A stretch of 44,059 nt of DNA from Verrucomicrobiota bacterium (GTDB taxonomy: Bacteria; Verrucomicrobiota; Verrucomicrobiia; Limisphaerales; J093), in the NCBI GenBank assembly GCA_029907285.1, contig JARYMD010000001.1, positions 1 through 44,059 of the forward strand. Direction: 5' to 3'. A model generated the notes under the pieces. That model was not told the DNA's origin, did no database searches, and saw nothing but the letters and a program-made list of their open reading frames with translations. This document shows positions 1-7,883 of the stretch, one piece after another; position 1 is the first letter of the stretch, and the number at the start of each line of letters is the position of its first letter. Position numbers and translations under genes: made by a program.

Positions 1-1800
1 GGTTCCATCGCCCAGTTGGCCGCGTGAGTTGTCCCCCCATGCCCAGAGTGTGCCGTCAGTTCTGATGGCGACGGTGTGGTTTGCACCTGCGGCGACTGCG
101 CGCCAATTGGTGGCGGAACCGATCTTGGCCGGGCTGGATTTGTTGATGGTGGTTCCATCGCCCAACTGGCCGTAGTAATTATTGCCCCATGCCCAGAGTG
201 TGCCGTCGTTGCGGATGGCCACTGTGTGAGCGGAACCGGCTGCGATGGATTTCCAGTTGGTTGCTGACCCGATTTTTGTTGGTGTGGATTTGTTTGTTGT
301 CGTTCCATCTCCCAATTGGCCGTGGTAGTTGTTGCCCCAAGCCCAGAGGGTGCCGTCGGCCCGAATTCCAACCGTGTGAGAATCTCCGGCTGCGACTGTT
401 CGCCACTTGGCAACGACCCCGATTCGCACCGGAGCGGGCTCGTTGACAAGTGTGCCGTTTCCGATCTGGCCGCGGGAGTTCTCGCCCCATGCCCAGAGTG
501 TGCCGTCGGTGCGGATGGCAGCGGTGTGGTTATAACCGGCGGCCACGGCAAGCCAGGTCGGAGGTGAAGAAACCTGGCTTGGGCTGCATTTGCCGACGAC
601 GGTTCCATCGCCCAAGTTGCCGTAGTAATTGGCGCCCCATGACCAGAGTGTATTGTCAGTCAGAATCGCAAGGGAATGTTCCCAGCCTGCAGATACGGCC
701 TGCCAATTGTTGTCCGCGCCAATCTGCGTGGGCACGGGTTTGTCGGCAAACGTGCCATCGCCGGATTGACCGCGCCCGTTCGATCCCCAAATCCACAGTG
801 TTCCGTCGGTTCGTATTCCCGCCATGTGCCAAAACCCTGCGGCTACGGCTTTCCAGTTTGTGGCCGACCCGATTTGGACCGGGCTGGTTCTGGCCGGGGT
901 GGTGTTGTCTCCCAATTGTCCGAAGCCGTTCCACCCCCATGCCCAGAGTGTGCCGTTGGTTCGAATACCAACTGTATGAGAATTGCCGGCGGCGATTGCT
1001 ATCCAACCCGGCGCTGCGCCGATGCGCGCGGGGCTGAATTTGCCCGCGGTAGTGCCGTCGCCCAACTGACCGTAAGAATTGTTGCCCCACGCCCAAAGCG
1101 TACCGTCGGTCTGGATGCCGATCGTGTGTTCCCATCCTGCGGAAACGGTTTGCCAGCTCGCCGCCGAACCAATCTGGACCGGGACGATTCTATCGGCTGT
1201 TGTTCCATCGCCCAATTGCCCGGCCGAGTTGGAGCCCCATGCCCAGAGCGTGCCGTCGGTGCGAACGGCCACGGTGTGACGCCATCCTGCTGCGACTGAT
1301 TTCCAACTGGCTGTTGGAGCAATTTGCACGGGGCTGGCCTTGCCAACGGTCGTTCCGTCGCCCAATTGTCCGCGCCAGTTACCGCCCCATGCCCAAAGTG
1401 TGCCGTCACTCCGGACTGCCAGCGTATGATAAGCTCCGGCTGCAACCGCTTTCCAATTTGTGGCCGATCCTATCTGGACCGGGCTGAGCTTGTCTTTGCT
1501 GGTTCCATCGCCGAGTTGGCCAAACCGGTTCCAACCCCAAGCCCAAAGTGTGCCGTCGGAACGAACGGCCACTGAGTGTTCCCATCCCGCAGCCACGGTC
1601 AGCCACGTTGTGCCCGGGTTGATCTGGACCGGCGCAGATTTGTCAACTGCAGTTCCATCGCCGAGTTGACCCGAGTTGTTGGCTCCCCACGCCCAAAGAG
1701 CACCATCCGAACCAATCGCCACCGTGTGATAACCCCCCGCTGCGACTTGGCGAAATGCAATGTCTCCACCATGAACCACTGCCGACGCCAAAACCAACAG
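1..1800 (-). repeat. Twelve coding tandem repeats of exactly 150 nt (the RCC1 blades)
   Basis: The plus-strand motif ggttccatcgcccagttggcc (reverse complement encodes GQLGDGT) and its variants begin at 1, 151, 301, 451, 601, 751, 901, 1051, 1201, 1351, 1501 and 1651. Each is followed about 25 nt later by ccccatgcccagagtgtgccgtc (reverse complement encodes DGTLWAWG). There is no indel across the 12 units. Confidence 0.9.
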
Positions 1801-1932
1801 GGCAGCAGCAAACCCCAAACAACATGGCACGGCCGCGTAGCTTTTTGCGCACCGCAGGCTCAGGTGAGCAACCCGCCCTGCACTCTCAACATCGGCCGCT
1901 CTTTCGCTCCGTTGACTTGATCTCTTGTTCAT
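1..1932 (-). CDS. Secreted RCC1-repeat (beta-propeller) protein; the C-terminus runs off the left edge of the window
   Basis: It is missing from the ORF track because no stop codon lies inside the window. The reverse-strand frame ending at base 1 is open for 644 codons from an ATG (complement of 1930-1932), with an alternative GTG at the complement of 1828-1830. The translation starts MNKRSSQRSERAADVE..CCLGFAAALLVLASAVVHG, which looks like a signal peptide. It continues with 12 units of the type HTVAIRTDGTLWAWGxNxxGQLGDGTTxxKxxPxxIGSATNWxAVAAG, the classic RCC1 repeat signature. Confidence 0.85.
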   Translation of the reverse strand, partial: MNKRSSQRSERAADVESAGRVAHLSLRCAKSYAAVPCCLGFAAALLVLASAVVHGGDIAFRQVAAGGYHTVAIGSDGALWAWGANNSGQLGDGTAVDKSAPVQINPGTTWLTVAAGWEHSVAVRSDGTLWAWGWNRFGQLGDGTSKDKLSPVQIGSATNWKAVAAGAYHTLAVRSDGTLWAWGGNWRGQLGDGTTVGKASPVQIAPTASWKSVAAGWRHTVAVRTDGTLWAWGSNSAGQLGDGTTADRIVPVQIGSAASWQTVSAGWEHTIGIQTDGTLWAWGNNSYGQLGDGTTAGKFSPARIGAAPGWIAIAAGNSHTVGIRTNGTLWAWGWNGFGQLGDNTTPARTSPVQIGSATNWKAVAAGFWHMAGIRTDGTLWIWGSNGRGQSGDGTFADKPVPTQIGADNNWQAVSAGWEHSLAILTDNTLWSWGANYYGNLGDGTVVGKCSPSQVSSPPTWLAVAAGYNHTAAIRTDGTLWAWGENSRGQIGNGTLVNEPAPVRIGVVAKWRTVAAGDSHTVGIRADGTLWAWGNNYHGQLGDGTTTNKSTPTKIGSATNWKSIAAGSAHTVAIRNDGTLWAWGNNYYGQLGDGTTINKSSPAKIGSATNWRAVAAGANHTVAIRTDGTLWAWGDNSRGQLGDGT

Positions 1933-2120
1933 TTGGGTCCCACTGAATTTTGATTTTGGTTCAGGCCTCTTGAAGCCGCCGACGACCATTATGCCGACTC
2001 GGCCCCCGGACTGTTGCCGCGGCACAAGTTAAGCACGCTGTCAGGCGCCTTGGAAGAAATACCTTTTCACCGCAAGACACAAAATGGCAAGACCGAATAC
2101 TGTGGGTCGCTCCGCCAGTC

Positions 2121-2286
2121 GCGCGGCCGTCTCGGCCGCATCAACCCGGCGACCGATCTTGCACGAGTTTCGAAATAGAGTGCCAGGCACGTTATTGGGG
2201 TGTGGCCCCAAATAGAGTGCCAGGCACTTTGTTTGGGTTCTCCAGGAGCGCGGCCGTCTCGGCCACATCAACACGATGACCGGTCT
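2121..2286 (+). repeat. Intergenic mosaic repeat cluster: H unit, 65-nt double-palindrome element (A-A), H unit
   Basis: The H units are 2121-2159 (gcgcggccgtctcggccgcatcaacccggcgaccgatct) and 2248-2286 (gcgcggccgtctcggccacatcaacacgatgaccggtct). The A units are 2173-2200 and 2210-2237, of the form aaatagagtgccaggcac(g/t)tt(a/g)tt(g/t)ggg. The A-A doublet is about 94 percent identical to 20402-20466. Confidence 0.8.
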
Positions 2287-2471
2287 CAAACCAGTTTCCA
2301 TCATGCAAATCCGGCGCCTGAACATTCACCGGAGCCTCAAGTCGTTGCCAGGAGGGGTTTGATTGGCGGTTTGCGCCTCGTATTGGCAAAGGCTGATCAA
2401 GGCGGTCTCGGTTTGTAACAAGTTTGTAACATCGCCAGCACGCAGTCGCCACAGAAAGAGTCAATCTTTGT

Positions 2472-3041
2472 GTGCAAATGATGAAAACGGCACTTGCAAT
2501 GATTGCGCGGATTTCTCGAAACAGCAGTGCGACACGGAAAATCTCTGGCGATTCGTGCGAACCGCCGACACAGGATTTGCTCGGTGATTTTCGGTTGTTC
2601 CTTGACGACACCTCGATCGTTGGTTTGGTCGAGCAAGCCGTTGATGAAGTCGCATCTAGACTGCCGCAGTGGCCGTGCTCGGGCGCGGCGCCGGTGCCGA
2701 GGTCGATGCTCGGTCTGTTGACGTACAGCTATCTGACCTGCAGGTTCGCGTCAGACGACATCGCGCAAAGTTGCAAATCCGACCCAGTCGCAAAATACCT
2801 TGTGGGCGGGCACATGCCAAATGATGAGGTGATTCGCGCCTTTCGAAGGGCAAACAGGCCATGGATAGAACAATGCCTCGCAGGTGTGATTTCGAAAGTT
2901 GCGGATCAACCGGCAGCCTTGCTCGCCCGCGCGCAAGTTAACCCCGTGGATCAAGAGTTTTTGTCCGATTCGCCAGCGCTGCAACTCGCCAGACGAAGGG
3001 TTGAGTTGGCCACCTTGTTTGACATGGCCCTTTCGGAATAG
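2472..3041 (+). CDS. Hypothetical protein with an IS5/InsH-type transposase N-terminal (DUF772)-like domain only; no DDE catalytic domain
   Basis: This is a 189-aa ORF. The segment PRSMLGLLTYSYLTCRFASDDIAQSCKSDPVAKYLVGGHMPNDEVIRAFRRANRPWIEQCL follows the DUF772 pattern (Y-P-xx-ML-..-Y-..-S-R-xIE-..-FR-WL-G-..-PD-xxT-I-xRFR). No downstream ORF could supply a catalytic domain. Confidence 0.5.
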   Translation: MQMMKTALAMIARISRNSSATRKISGDSCEPPTQDLLGDFRLFLDDTSIVGLVEQAVDEVASRLPQWPCSGAAPVPRSMLGLLTYSYLTCRFASDDIAQSCKSDPVAKYLVGGHMPNDEVIRAFRRANRPWIEQCLAGVISKVADQPAALLARAQVNPVDQEFLSDSPALQLARRRVELATLFDMALSE

Positions 3042-3311
3042 ACGCGCGATTGCAGGTGCCTCGCGGTTCCTGACTGAGTGCCGATGGGTCAAGGCCGCTT
3101 CGGCTGGTGGGGTTTGCGCAACAGACGGTGTTGCCGTCTTGGAACCACTTCGCCGGAGCCCAGGCCCGTAGGGCCGACATATCTGTAGGGGGACGGTCCC
3201 CAAACCGGACAAGCTCCGTAGGAGCGGCATCGCACTCAAGGCGCTTGCAGAAACCGGTTGGTTCTGTTGCCAGGACCGCGGCGCGTTTGATGCCACCCCG
3301 CTGGGGCCGGG

Positions 3312-3338
3312 AAATAGGGTGACAGGCACGATGTTTCG
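3312..3338 (+). repeat. Degenerate copy of the family A palindromic repeat
   Basis: The sequence gaaatagggtgacaggcacgatgtttcg compares with the consensus aaatagagtgccaggcactttgtttggg. It lies in an intergenic region that also carries ccgtaggg / ctgtaggggg / ccgtaggagc REP-like words at 3167-3235. Confidence 0.4.
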
Positions 3339-3383
3339 CTCTTCAATTTCGCGTTGGACTTTCGTAGCGTGGGGGAGAAAAAG

Positions 3384-3875
3384 ATGCGTACAACGGCGTT
3401 TTTGATAACAACGGTTTTGGCGTTGAGTGTTTCCGCTGGATTGGCGAATGCACAATCCGCCCGGGAAAAGGCAAAGCAACGCCTTGACGGGGCGGCCTAC
3501 GCCCACTTTGAAAAAGAAATCAAGGATCGCTACCCGAAAGAGATTGCGGCCTACGGAATTGTCGAGGCAACTGTGACACGGGTGATGCCAGACGTCTATT
3601 GCCCCAAGCGCGGGCCGTTGTGTGGGCCAAACCCGGCGTGCAAACACGAAAAGGTCTCTGTCCAGGCGCTTGACCTCAAGGTTGACCGTGTTCTGTTCAC
3701 AACCGGTCCATTCCAGTGGCCGGAAGAGTTCCAACGGTATCCCGCCTACCGGCAAGGCTCTTTCACCCAGGGACAAAAACTTCAAATGTCTGTTTACGGC
3801 TATAGAACCGGTTCGACAGGAATCGGGTCGATTCGCCGGTTGACATCGGCACCGGGACAAGACACCGGCAAATAG
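3384..3875 (+). CDS. Secreted hypothetical protein
   Basis: The ATG at 3384 is preceded by GGGGAG 6 nt upstream. The N-terminus MRTTAFLITTVLALSVSAGLANAQS looks like a signal peptide. The ORF track offers a longer version starting at 3354. Confidence 0.7.
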   Translation: MRTTAFLITTVLALSVSAGLANAQSAREKAKQRLDGAAYAHFEKEIKDRYPKEIAAYGIVEATVTRVMPDVYCPKRGPLCGPNPACKHEKVSVQALDLKVDRVLFTTGPFQWPEEFQRYPAYRQGSFTQGQKLQMSVYGYRTGSTGIGSIRRLTSAPGQDTGK

Positions 3876-3919
3876 AATACGGTGGAATATCGCCCGCGGT
3901 TTTTCGGGAGGTCCGCAGC

Positions 3920-5263
3920 GTGACGCGAGAAGCGGCAAAGAGCATTTCAAGCGCGAGGGGGGCTATGGCGCGGCCGGCTGCATCCGGCAACTCCACTGCG
4001 AGGTTTCGACGACATTGTTTGCGTAGGCACATGTTAATGCCGATGGCATTGATGCTGGCAGCCACGGTCATCCTCCGGAGCGGTTCATCCACAAGCACGT
4101 CGGCCGGGCGGGCATGGCGCGATGCCGGGAGCGTTAGTTCTGATCCGCCTCGCTTGGCCGCGAGCGAGCGTGCAGACAAAGTTTGGAACAGGGCCACCAC
4201 AACCAGCGTTGATGGCAGGAACGCTGAGCAGCCTTTGGGCAAAGTCCAACACGCTGCTCGAACCACGGTGGTTCGGGAGCAATCGCATCAAGACCTCGGA
4301 TGGTATCCGGACCGCTCGGGGCTGCCGCGGCCTGTTGAATCGGTGTCCGACTGGAAACGGCGGCGAGAGGCTGTGTTGGGTGCGATGGAGCGGGTGATGG
4401 GCGCTCTGCCCGGCCGTGACAAAAGATGCCGGGTTCAATGTGAGGTTATCGAAGAGGTTGATTGTGGCGATTATGTTCGACGGGACATTCGTTACACTGC
4501 CGAACCCGGTGATTGGGTGCCGGCGTACCTGCTGATTCCCAAGAACGCGCTTGCCGGCCGAGCCCGTTGCCATGGCGTGCTATGCCTGCATCAGACGCAT
4601 CCGGCGGGCCGCCGCGTGGTTGTCGGGCTTGGACAAAGTCCCGACGACGAGTACGGTGTCGAGCTGGTGAAGAGGGGATACGTGTGTCTTGCGCCTGCCT
4701 ATCCGTTGTTGGCGGATTATCATCCGCCGCTGGGCGAACTGGGCTACCAGAGTGGCGTCATGAAGGCGGTTTGGAACAACATGCGCGGCCTTGACATGCT
4801 GGAATCAATGCCATTCGTTGTGCGAGGCCGGTTCGGCGCAATCGGGCATTCGCTCGGTGGCCACACGGGTCTTTTCACGGCGGCTTTTGATTCCAGAATC
4901 AAGATCGTGGTGACCAGTTGTGGTTTTGATTCTTTCATCGACTATATGGGCGGGGACATCCGGGGTTGGACGAGCAGCAGGTACATGCCGAGACTTGCAG
5001 AGTATCCGCGGGGCCAAGTGCCGTTTGATTTTCACGAAGTGCTGGGAATGCTGGCGCCGCGTTGGTGTTTGGTGAGCGCGCCGATTGAGGATACGAACTT
5101 CCGGTGGGAGAGCGTGGCGCGGATTGGCCGCGAGGTCACGCGGGTATATGGCCTTTACGGCTGCCCGGAGCGTTTTGGCGTGCTGCATCCAAATTGTGGC
5201 CATCGGTTTCCACCCGAAATTCGTGAAACAGCTTACCAATGGCTTGACAAAGCACTGCGTTAG
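3920..5263 (+). CDS. Alpha/beta hydrolase (dienelactone-hydrolase-like serine esterase)
   Basis: The C-terminal 300 aa carry the nucleophile elbow GHSLGG and a terminal H in NCGHRF. The GTG at 3920 has GGGAGG 8 nt upstream. An alternative ATG at 4031 would give a signal-like N-terminus, MLMPMALMLAATVIL. The first 100 aa or so are low complexity, so the start is uncertain. Confidence 0.8.
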   Translation: MTREAAKSISSARGAMARPAASGNSTARFRRHCLRRHMLMPMALMLAATVILRSGSSTSTSAGRAWRDAGSVSSDPPRLAASERADKVWNRATTTSVDGRNAEQPLGKVQHAARTTVVREQSHQDLGWYPDRSGLPRPVESVSDWKRRREAVLGAMERVMGALPGRDKRCRVQCEVIEEVDCGDYVRRDIRYTAEPGDWVPAYLLIPKNALAGRARCHGVLCLHQTHPAGRRVVVGLGQSPDDEYGVELVKRGYVCLAPAYPLLADYHPPLGELGYQSGVMKAVWNNMRGLDMLESMPFVVRGRFGAIGHSLGGHTGLFTAAFDSRIKIVVTSCGFDSFIDYMGGDIRGWTSSRYMPRLAEYPRGQVPFDFHEVLGMLAPRWCLVSAPIEDTNFRWESVARIGREVTRVYGLYGCPERFGVLHPNCGHRFPPEIRETAYQWLDKALR

Positions 5264-5281
5264 CCAGGGAATCTCGCCGGT

Positions 5282-7462
5282 TCACCAGCCGAGGAGTCTG
5301 TCGGGCTCGTCGCTGTCCTGCCCGAGGCCAAAGCGCGGGAAAGCTTTGAGCGACAACTGAACCGCCACGGCGAAATCGGTGTTGCCCTCGCCGTTGTCGC
5401 GCAAGCGGAAGGTGAGCGCGCCGGTCCAGCTTCGGAAGTCGCGGTAGAGCGTGTAGTATTGCTCCTGCATGACGTGGTGTTTGATATCGAAGTGGTGGCG
5501 GAAACGGAACCCATAGTTTTGGCTCAGGCGGAGGTAGATGCTGCTCATGATAAGGCTGTGACCCGCCTCTGGTCCCAGTTCTTCGATTTCGCGGACGTAT
5601 CGATGGCCGATTTTCCAGCTCCAGACGTCGTTGGGTTCTATTGTTGCGGTGTGATTGGCAACGCGAATCAGGTTTTCGTTCACGTCGTAACGCATCTCTG
5701 AATTCAGCGTGATCCATGAACGGGGCTTGAAATCGAGGTCTGAGAAAATGTCGGCGAATGTGGACTGGTCTTTTTCGGGGCGGAGGCGCCAATCGACGAA
5801 TGCGGCCCAGTTGACGAGGTCATCGACATTGCCTTGGCGCTTGGTTTGGAGTTTGTTGTGCAAGCCGAACCTGATGACGTTTTGGCTGTCGATGCCGTCG
5901 ATTGAATTGTAGTCGGGGAAATCTATCGGGCGCATTTCATAGCTGTACCATTCGTAATCGAACTGTGGGAGTTCCGGGGGGCGTGTGGACGGAGCCGGAG
6001 TGTAGGAGTAGTTGATCGAAGGTTCAATGATGTGGCGCAGTTCTGTGACATCAAGGAGTGGACTGCGGGCGTCACGCCAGACGCGCGATGCTTTGAACGA
6101 TCCTTCAATGCCGGTGTTGAAAACCCAGCGGCGGTGCTCATCGGAAACGAAACCGGTATCCTGTTCGGCGCCGTAGTATGTGAACCGTCCGCTCGCACGC
6201 GGCGTCAGGTTGAGCCAGCCGAATAATGTTTGAGGCACTAAAAGCTGTTGGAAGCTGTCTGCACGGAATGCCGAATGGTTTGTGGCGGCGAAATAGTCGC
6301 CTTCGCAGAACCGGAGAAATGCACCGGAACTCTCGCTTTCGTAATAAAAAGGCGAAATGCCCAGTTGCTGGCGAAACGCCGTGAGTTTGATATCCGGCAA
6401 CCGCTCGACGCTTTGGAAGAAATCGTTGACTCTGGGCTGGGCAAGCATGTTGAGACTGAAATTGGGCCAGAGCTGCTGGATTTCGACGAAGGATTTTGGC
6501 TGGACGTTTTTGCGGTACTCGGTTTCGAAGAAGTCATGTGCGACAAGCGCGTCGCTCTGGTGGTTGAAGACGGCCTTGAACGTCAGGTTTGTTCGCACGA
6601 ACGCGCTGTGAGCAAATGCAATCCTGTGTCGGTCAGGGTCAATTTGACGGAGGTTCGCCGGGTCGGTGCCGGGGTCTTCGTCGTAGAGGAAATACGTTTG
6701 CAATTGGCCTTCGCCCCAAGGGCCGAGGTCGTAATTGAGGTCCGGGCCGCCGGCCACACCGCGCTTCACGCGATAGTCCAAGTGGAAAGCGGCCGACACG
6801 TTTGTGGCGATGCTCCAATTGTAAGTGCCAAGCAGGTACGGGCCGTACTTGCTTCTGTAACCAGGAACAAACACGAAGTTGTTCGGATGCCGATCTAAAT
6901 GGCGCCTGTACCGTGGCAGGTAAAAGACCGGCACTTTGCCCATGTAAAGGACAGCACGCCTTGCTTCAATGTACTTGCCGGGGACGAACACGATGCTCTT
7001 GGCGCGGACTCTGTATCCTGGGACGTCGAGATCGTCGGTTGTCACAAAGGCGTTTGTGGCGGAGTGAGTTTGGTTGGTTATGCTTGCGCGCAGCCCTTCG
7101 CCGGTGGCATAAAACGGAGCAATCCCCGTTCGAAATACCGCCGCGTTCATCTGCCGGGTGAGGAAACTGTAACTGATGTAGTTGCCGGTCCAGATTTCCT
7201 TCCCACGTTGCAGTCGCACGTTGCCTTCGGCCTCAACGGAAAGCGCTTCGCGGTCGAACTTGAGCCTGTTTGCGATCAGCTCAACATCGCCGTAACGGGC
7301 GACGACGCCCGCCGGATCGGAAATCACGCCTGTTTTTTCGTCGTACTCGACCAACCCGTCCGGGCTAAGCGCGCTGATCTCCAATTCAGGCTCTTCATCG
7401 GCCCAACTCAGACTCGAGAGGGCAAGTGCAATCAGGCAGATGAAAACCCAGCGCGCACGCAT
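5282..7462 (-). CDS. lptD: LPS-assembly outer membrane protein LptD (OstA family)
   Basis: This 726-aa protein has a signal peptide, MRARWVFICLIALALSSLSWA. An OstA-like N-terminal domain follows (ARYGDVELIANRLKFDREALSVEAEGNVRLQRG), then a long aromatic-rich beta-barrel region. Confidence 0.85.
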   Translation of the reverse strand: MRARWVFICLIALALSSLSWADEEPELEISALSPDGLVEYDEKTGVISDPAGVVARYGDVELIANRLKFDREALSVEAEGNVRLQRGKEIWTGNYISYSFLTRQMNAAVFRTGIAPFYATGEGLRASITNQTHSATNAFVTTDDLDVPGYRVRAKSIVFVPGKYIEARRAVLYMGKVPVFYLPRYRRHLDRHPNNFVFVPGYRSKYGPYLLGTYNWSIATNVSAAFHLDYRVKRGVAGGPDLNYDLGPWGEGQLQTYFLYDEDPGTDPANLRQIDPDRHRIAFAHSAFVRTNLTFKAVFNHQSDALVAHDFFETEYRKNVQPKSFVEIQQLWPNFSLNMLAQPRVNDFFQSVERLPDIKLTAFRQQLGISPFYYESESSGAFLRFCEGDYFAATNHSAFRADSFQQLLVPQTLFGWLNLTPRASGRFTYYGAEQDTGFVSDEHRRWVFNTGIEGSFKASRVWRDARSPLLDVTELRHIIEPSINYSYTPAPSTRPPELPQFDYEWYSYEMRPIDFPDYNSIDGIDSQNVIRFGLHNKLQTKRQGNVDDLVNWAAFVDWRLRPEKDQSTFADIFSDLDFKPRSWITLNSEMRYDVNENLIRVANHTATIEPNDVWSWKIGHRYVREIEELGPEAGHSLIMSSIYLRLSQNYGFRFRHHFDIKHHVMQEQYYTLYRDFRSWTGALTFRLRDNGEGNTDFAVAVQLSLKAFPRFGLGQDSDEPDRLLGW

Positions 7463-7546
7463 GATGTGCCGGTGACGCTAGCGCGAAATCCCAGCCGATG
7501 CCAAGCCGGATGTTTGTCACTTGCCGCGTGTTCCAGCACGGGAGGC

Positions 7547-7765
7547 AAATAGAGTGCCAGGCACTTTATTTCGGCTCGCTGGGGACAGCGAGCCCTACCA
7601 TGCATGAACCCTTGCATACAGGTAGGGCGCGACGTCCGCGTCGCGCCGGGGTTGCGACAGACAGTTTTTCGTTTCCGCGCAAACACTGGACTCTGACAAC
7701 GATCGGTTGTCCCGCACTTTGGGCGATGCCACGCCCGCGGCCGTTAGAGTTCCGCCTTTAGGCGG
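7547..7765. repeat. Intergenic mosaic of short hairpin repeats (modules A, B, C, D, E, F)
   Basis: The modules are A 7547-7574; B 7572-7594 (cggctcgctggggacagcgagcc); C 7600-7617 (atgcatgaacccttgcat); D 7621-7647 (ggtagggcgcgacgtccgcgtcgcgcc); E 7701-7741; and F 7749-7765 (gttccgcctttaggcgg). Each has a counterpart inside 20549-20778. A further hairpin, gcaggctgaagcctgc, lies at 7809-7824. Confidence 0.8.
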
Positions 7766-7883
7766 TGCAAGATCGGTTGGCGAATCCACGTGCTTGAGAC
7801 GCAGAGACGCAGGCTGAAGCCTGCACTACGAGCCGAAGATTTTTCTCTTTTACCGGGCCGATTGGTTGTAAACTGGCCGCTGC

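Noticed and set aside
1-1800. Regularly spaced repeats that could be mistaken for a CRISPR array or a satellite
   Set aside because: The period is 150 nt with no short-repeat / unique-spacer structure. The whole interval is one open reverse-strand reading frame encoding RCC1 blades.
2472-3041. Calling this locus an active insertion sequence
   Set aside because: Only an N-terminal-like domain is present. There is no DDE domain, and no terminal inverted repeats or target duplications are visible.
2751-3950. 399-aa minus-strand ORF
   Set aside because: Its composition is Arg/Cys/Pro-rich junk. It runs antisense across two better plus-strand ORFs and a repeat-filled intergenic region, and no motif is recognisable.
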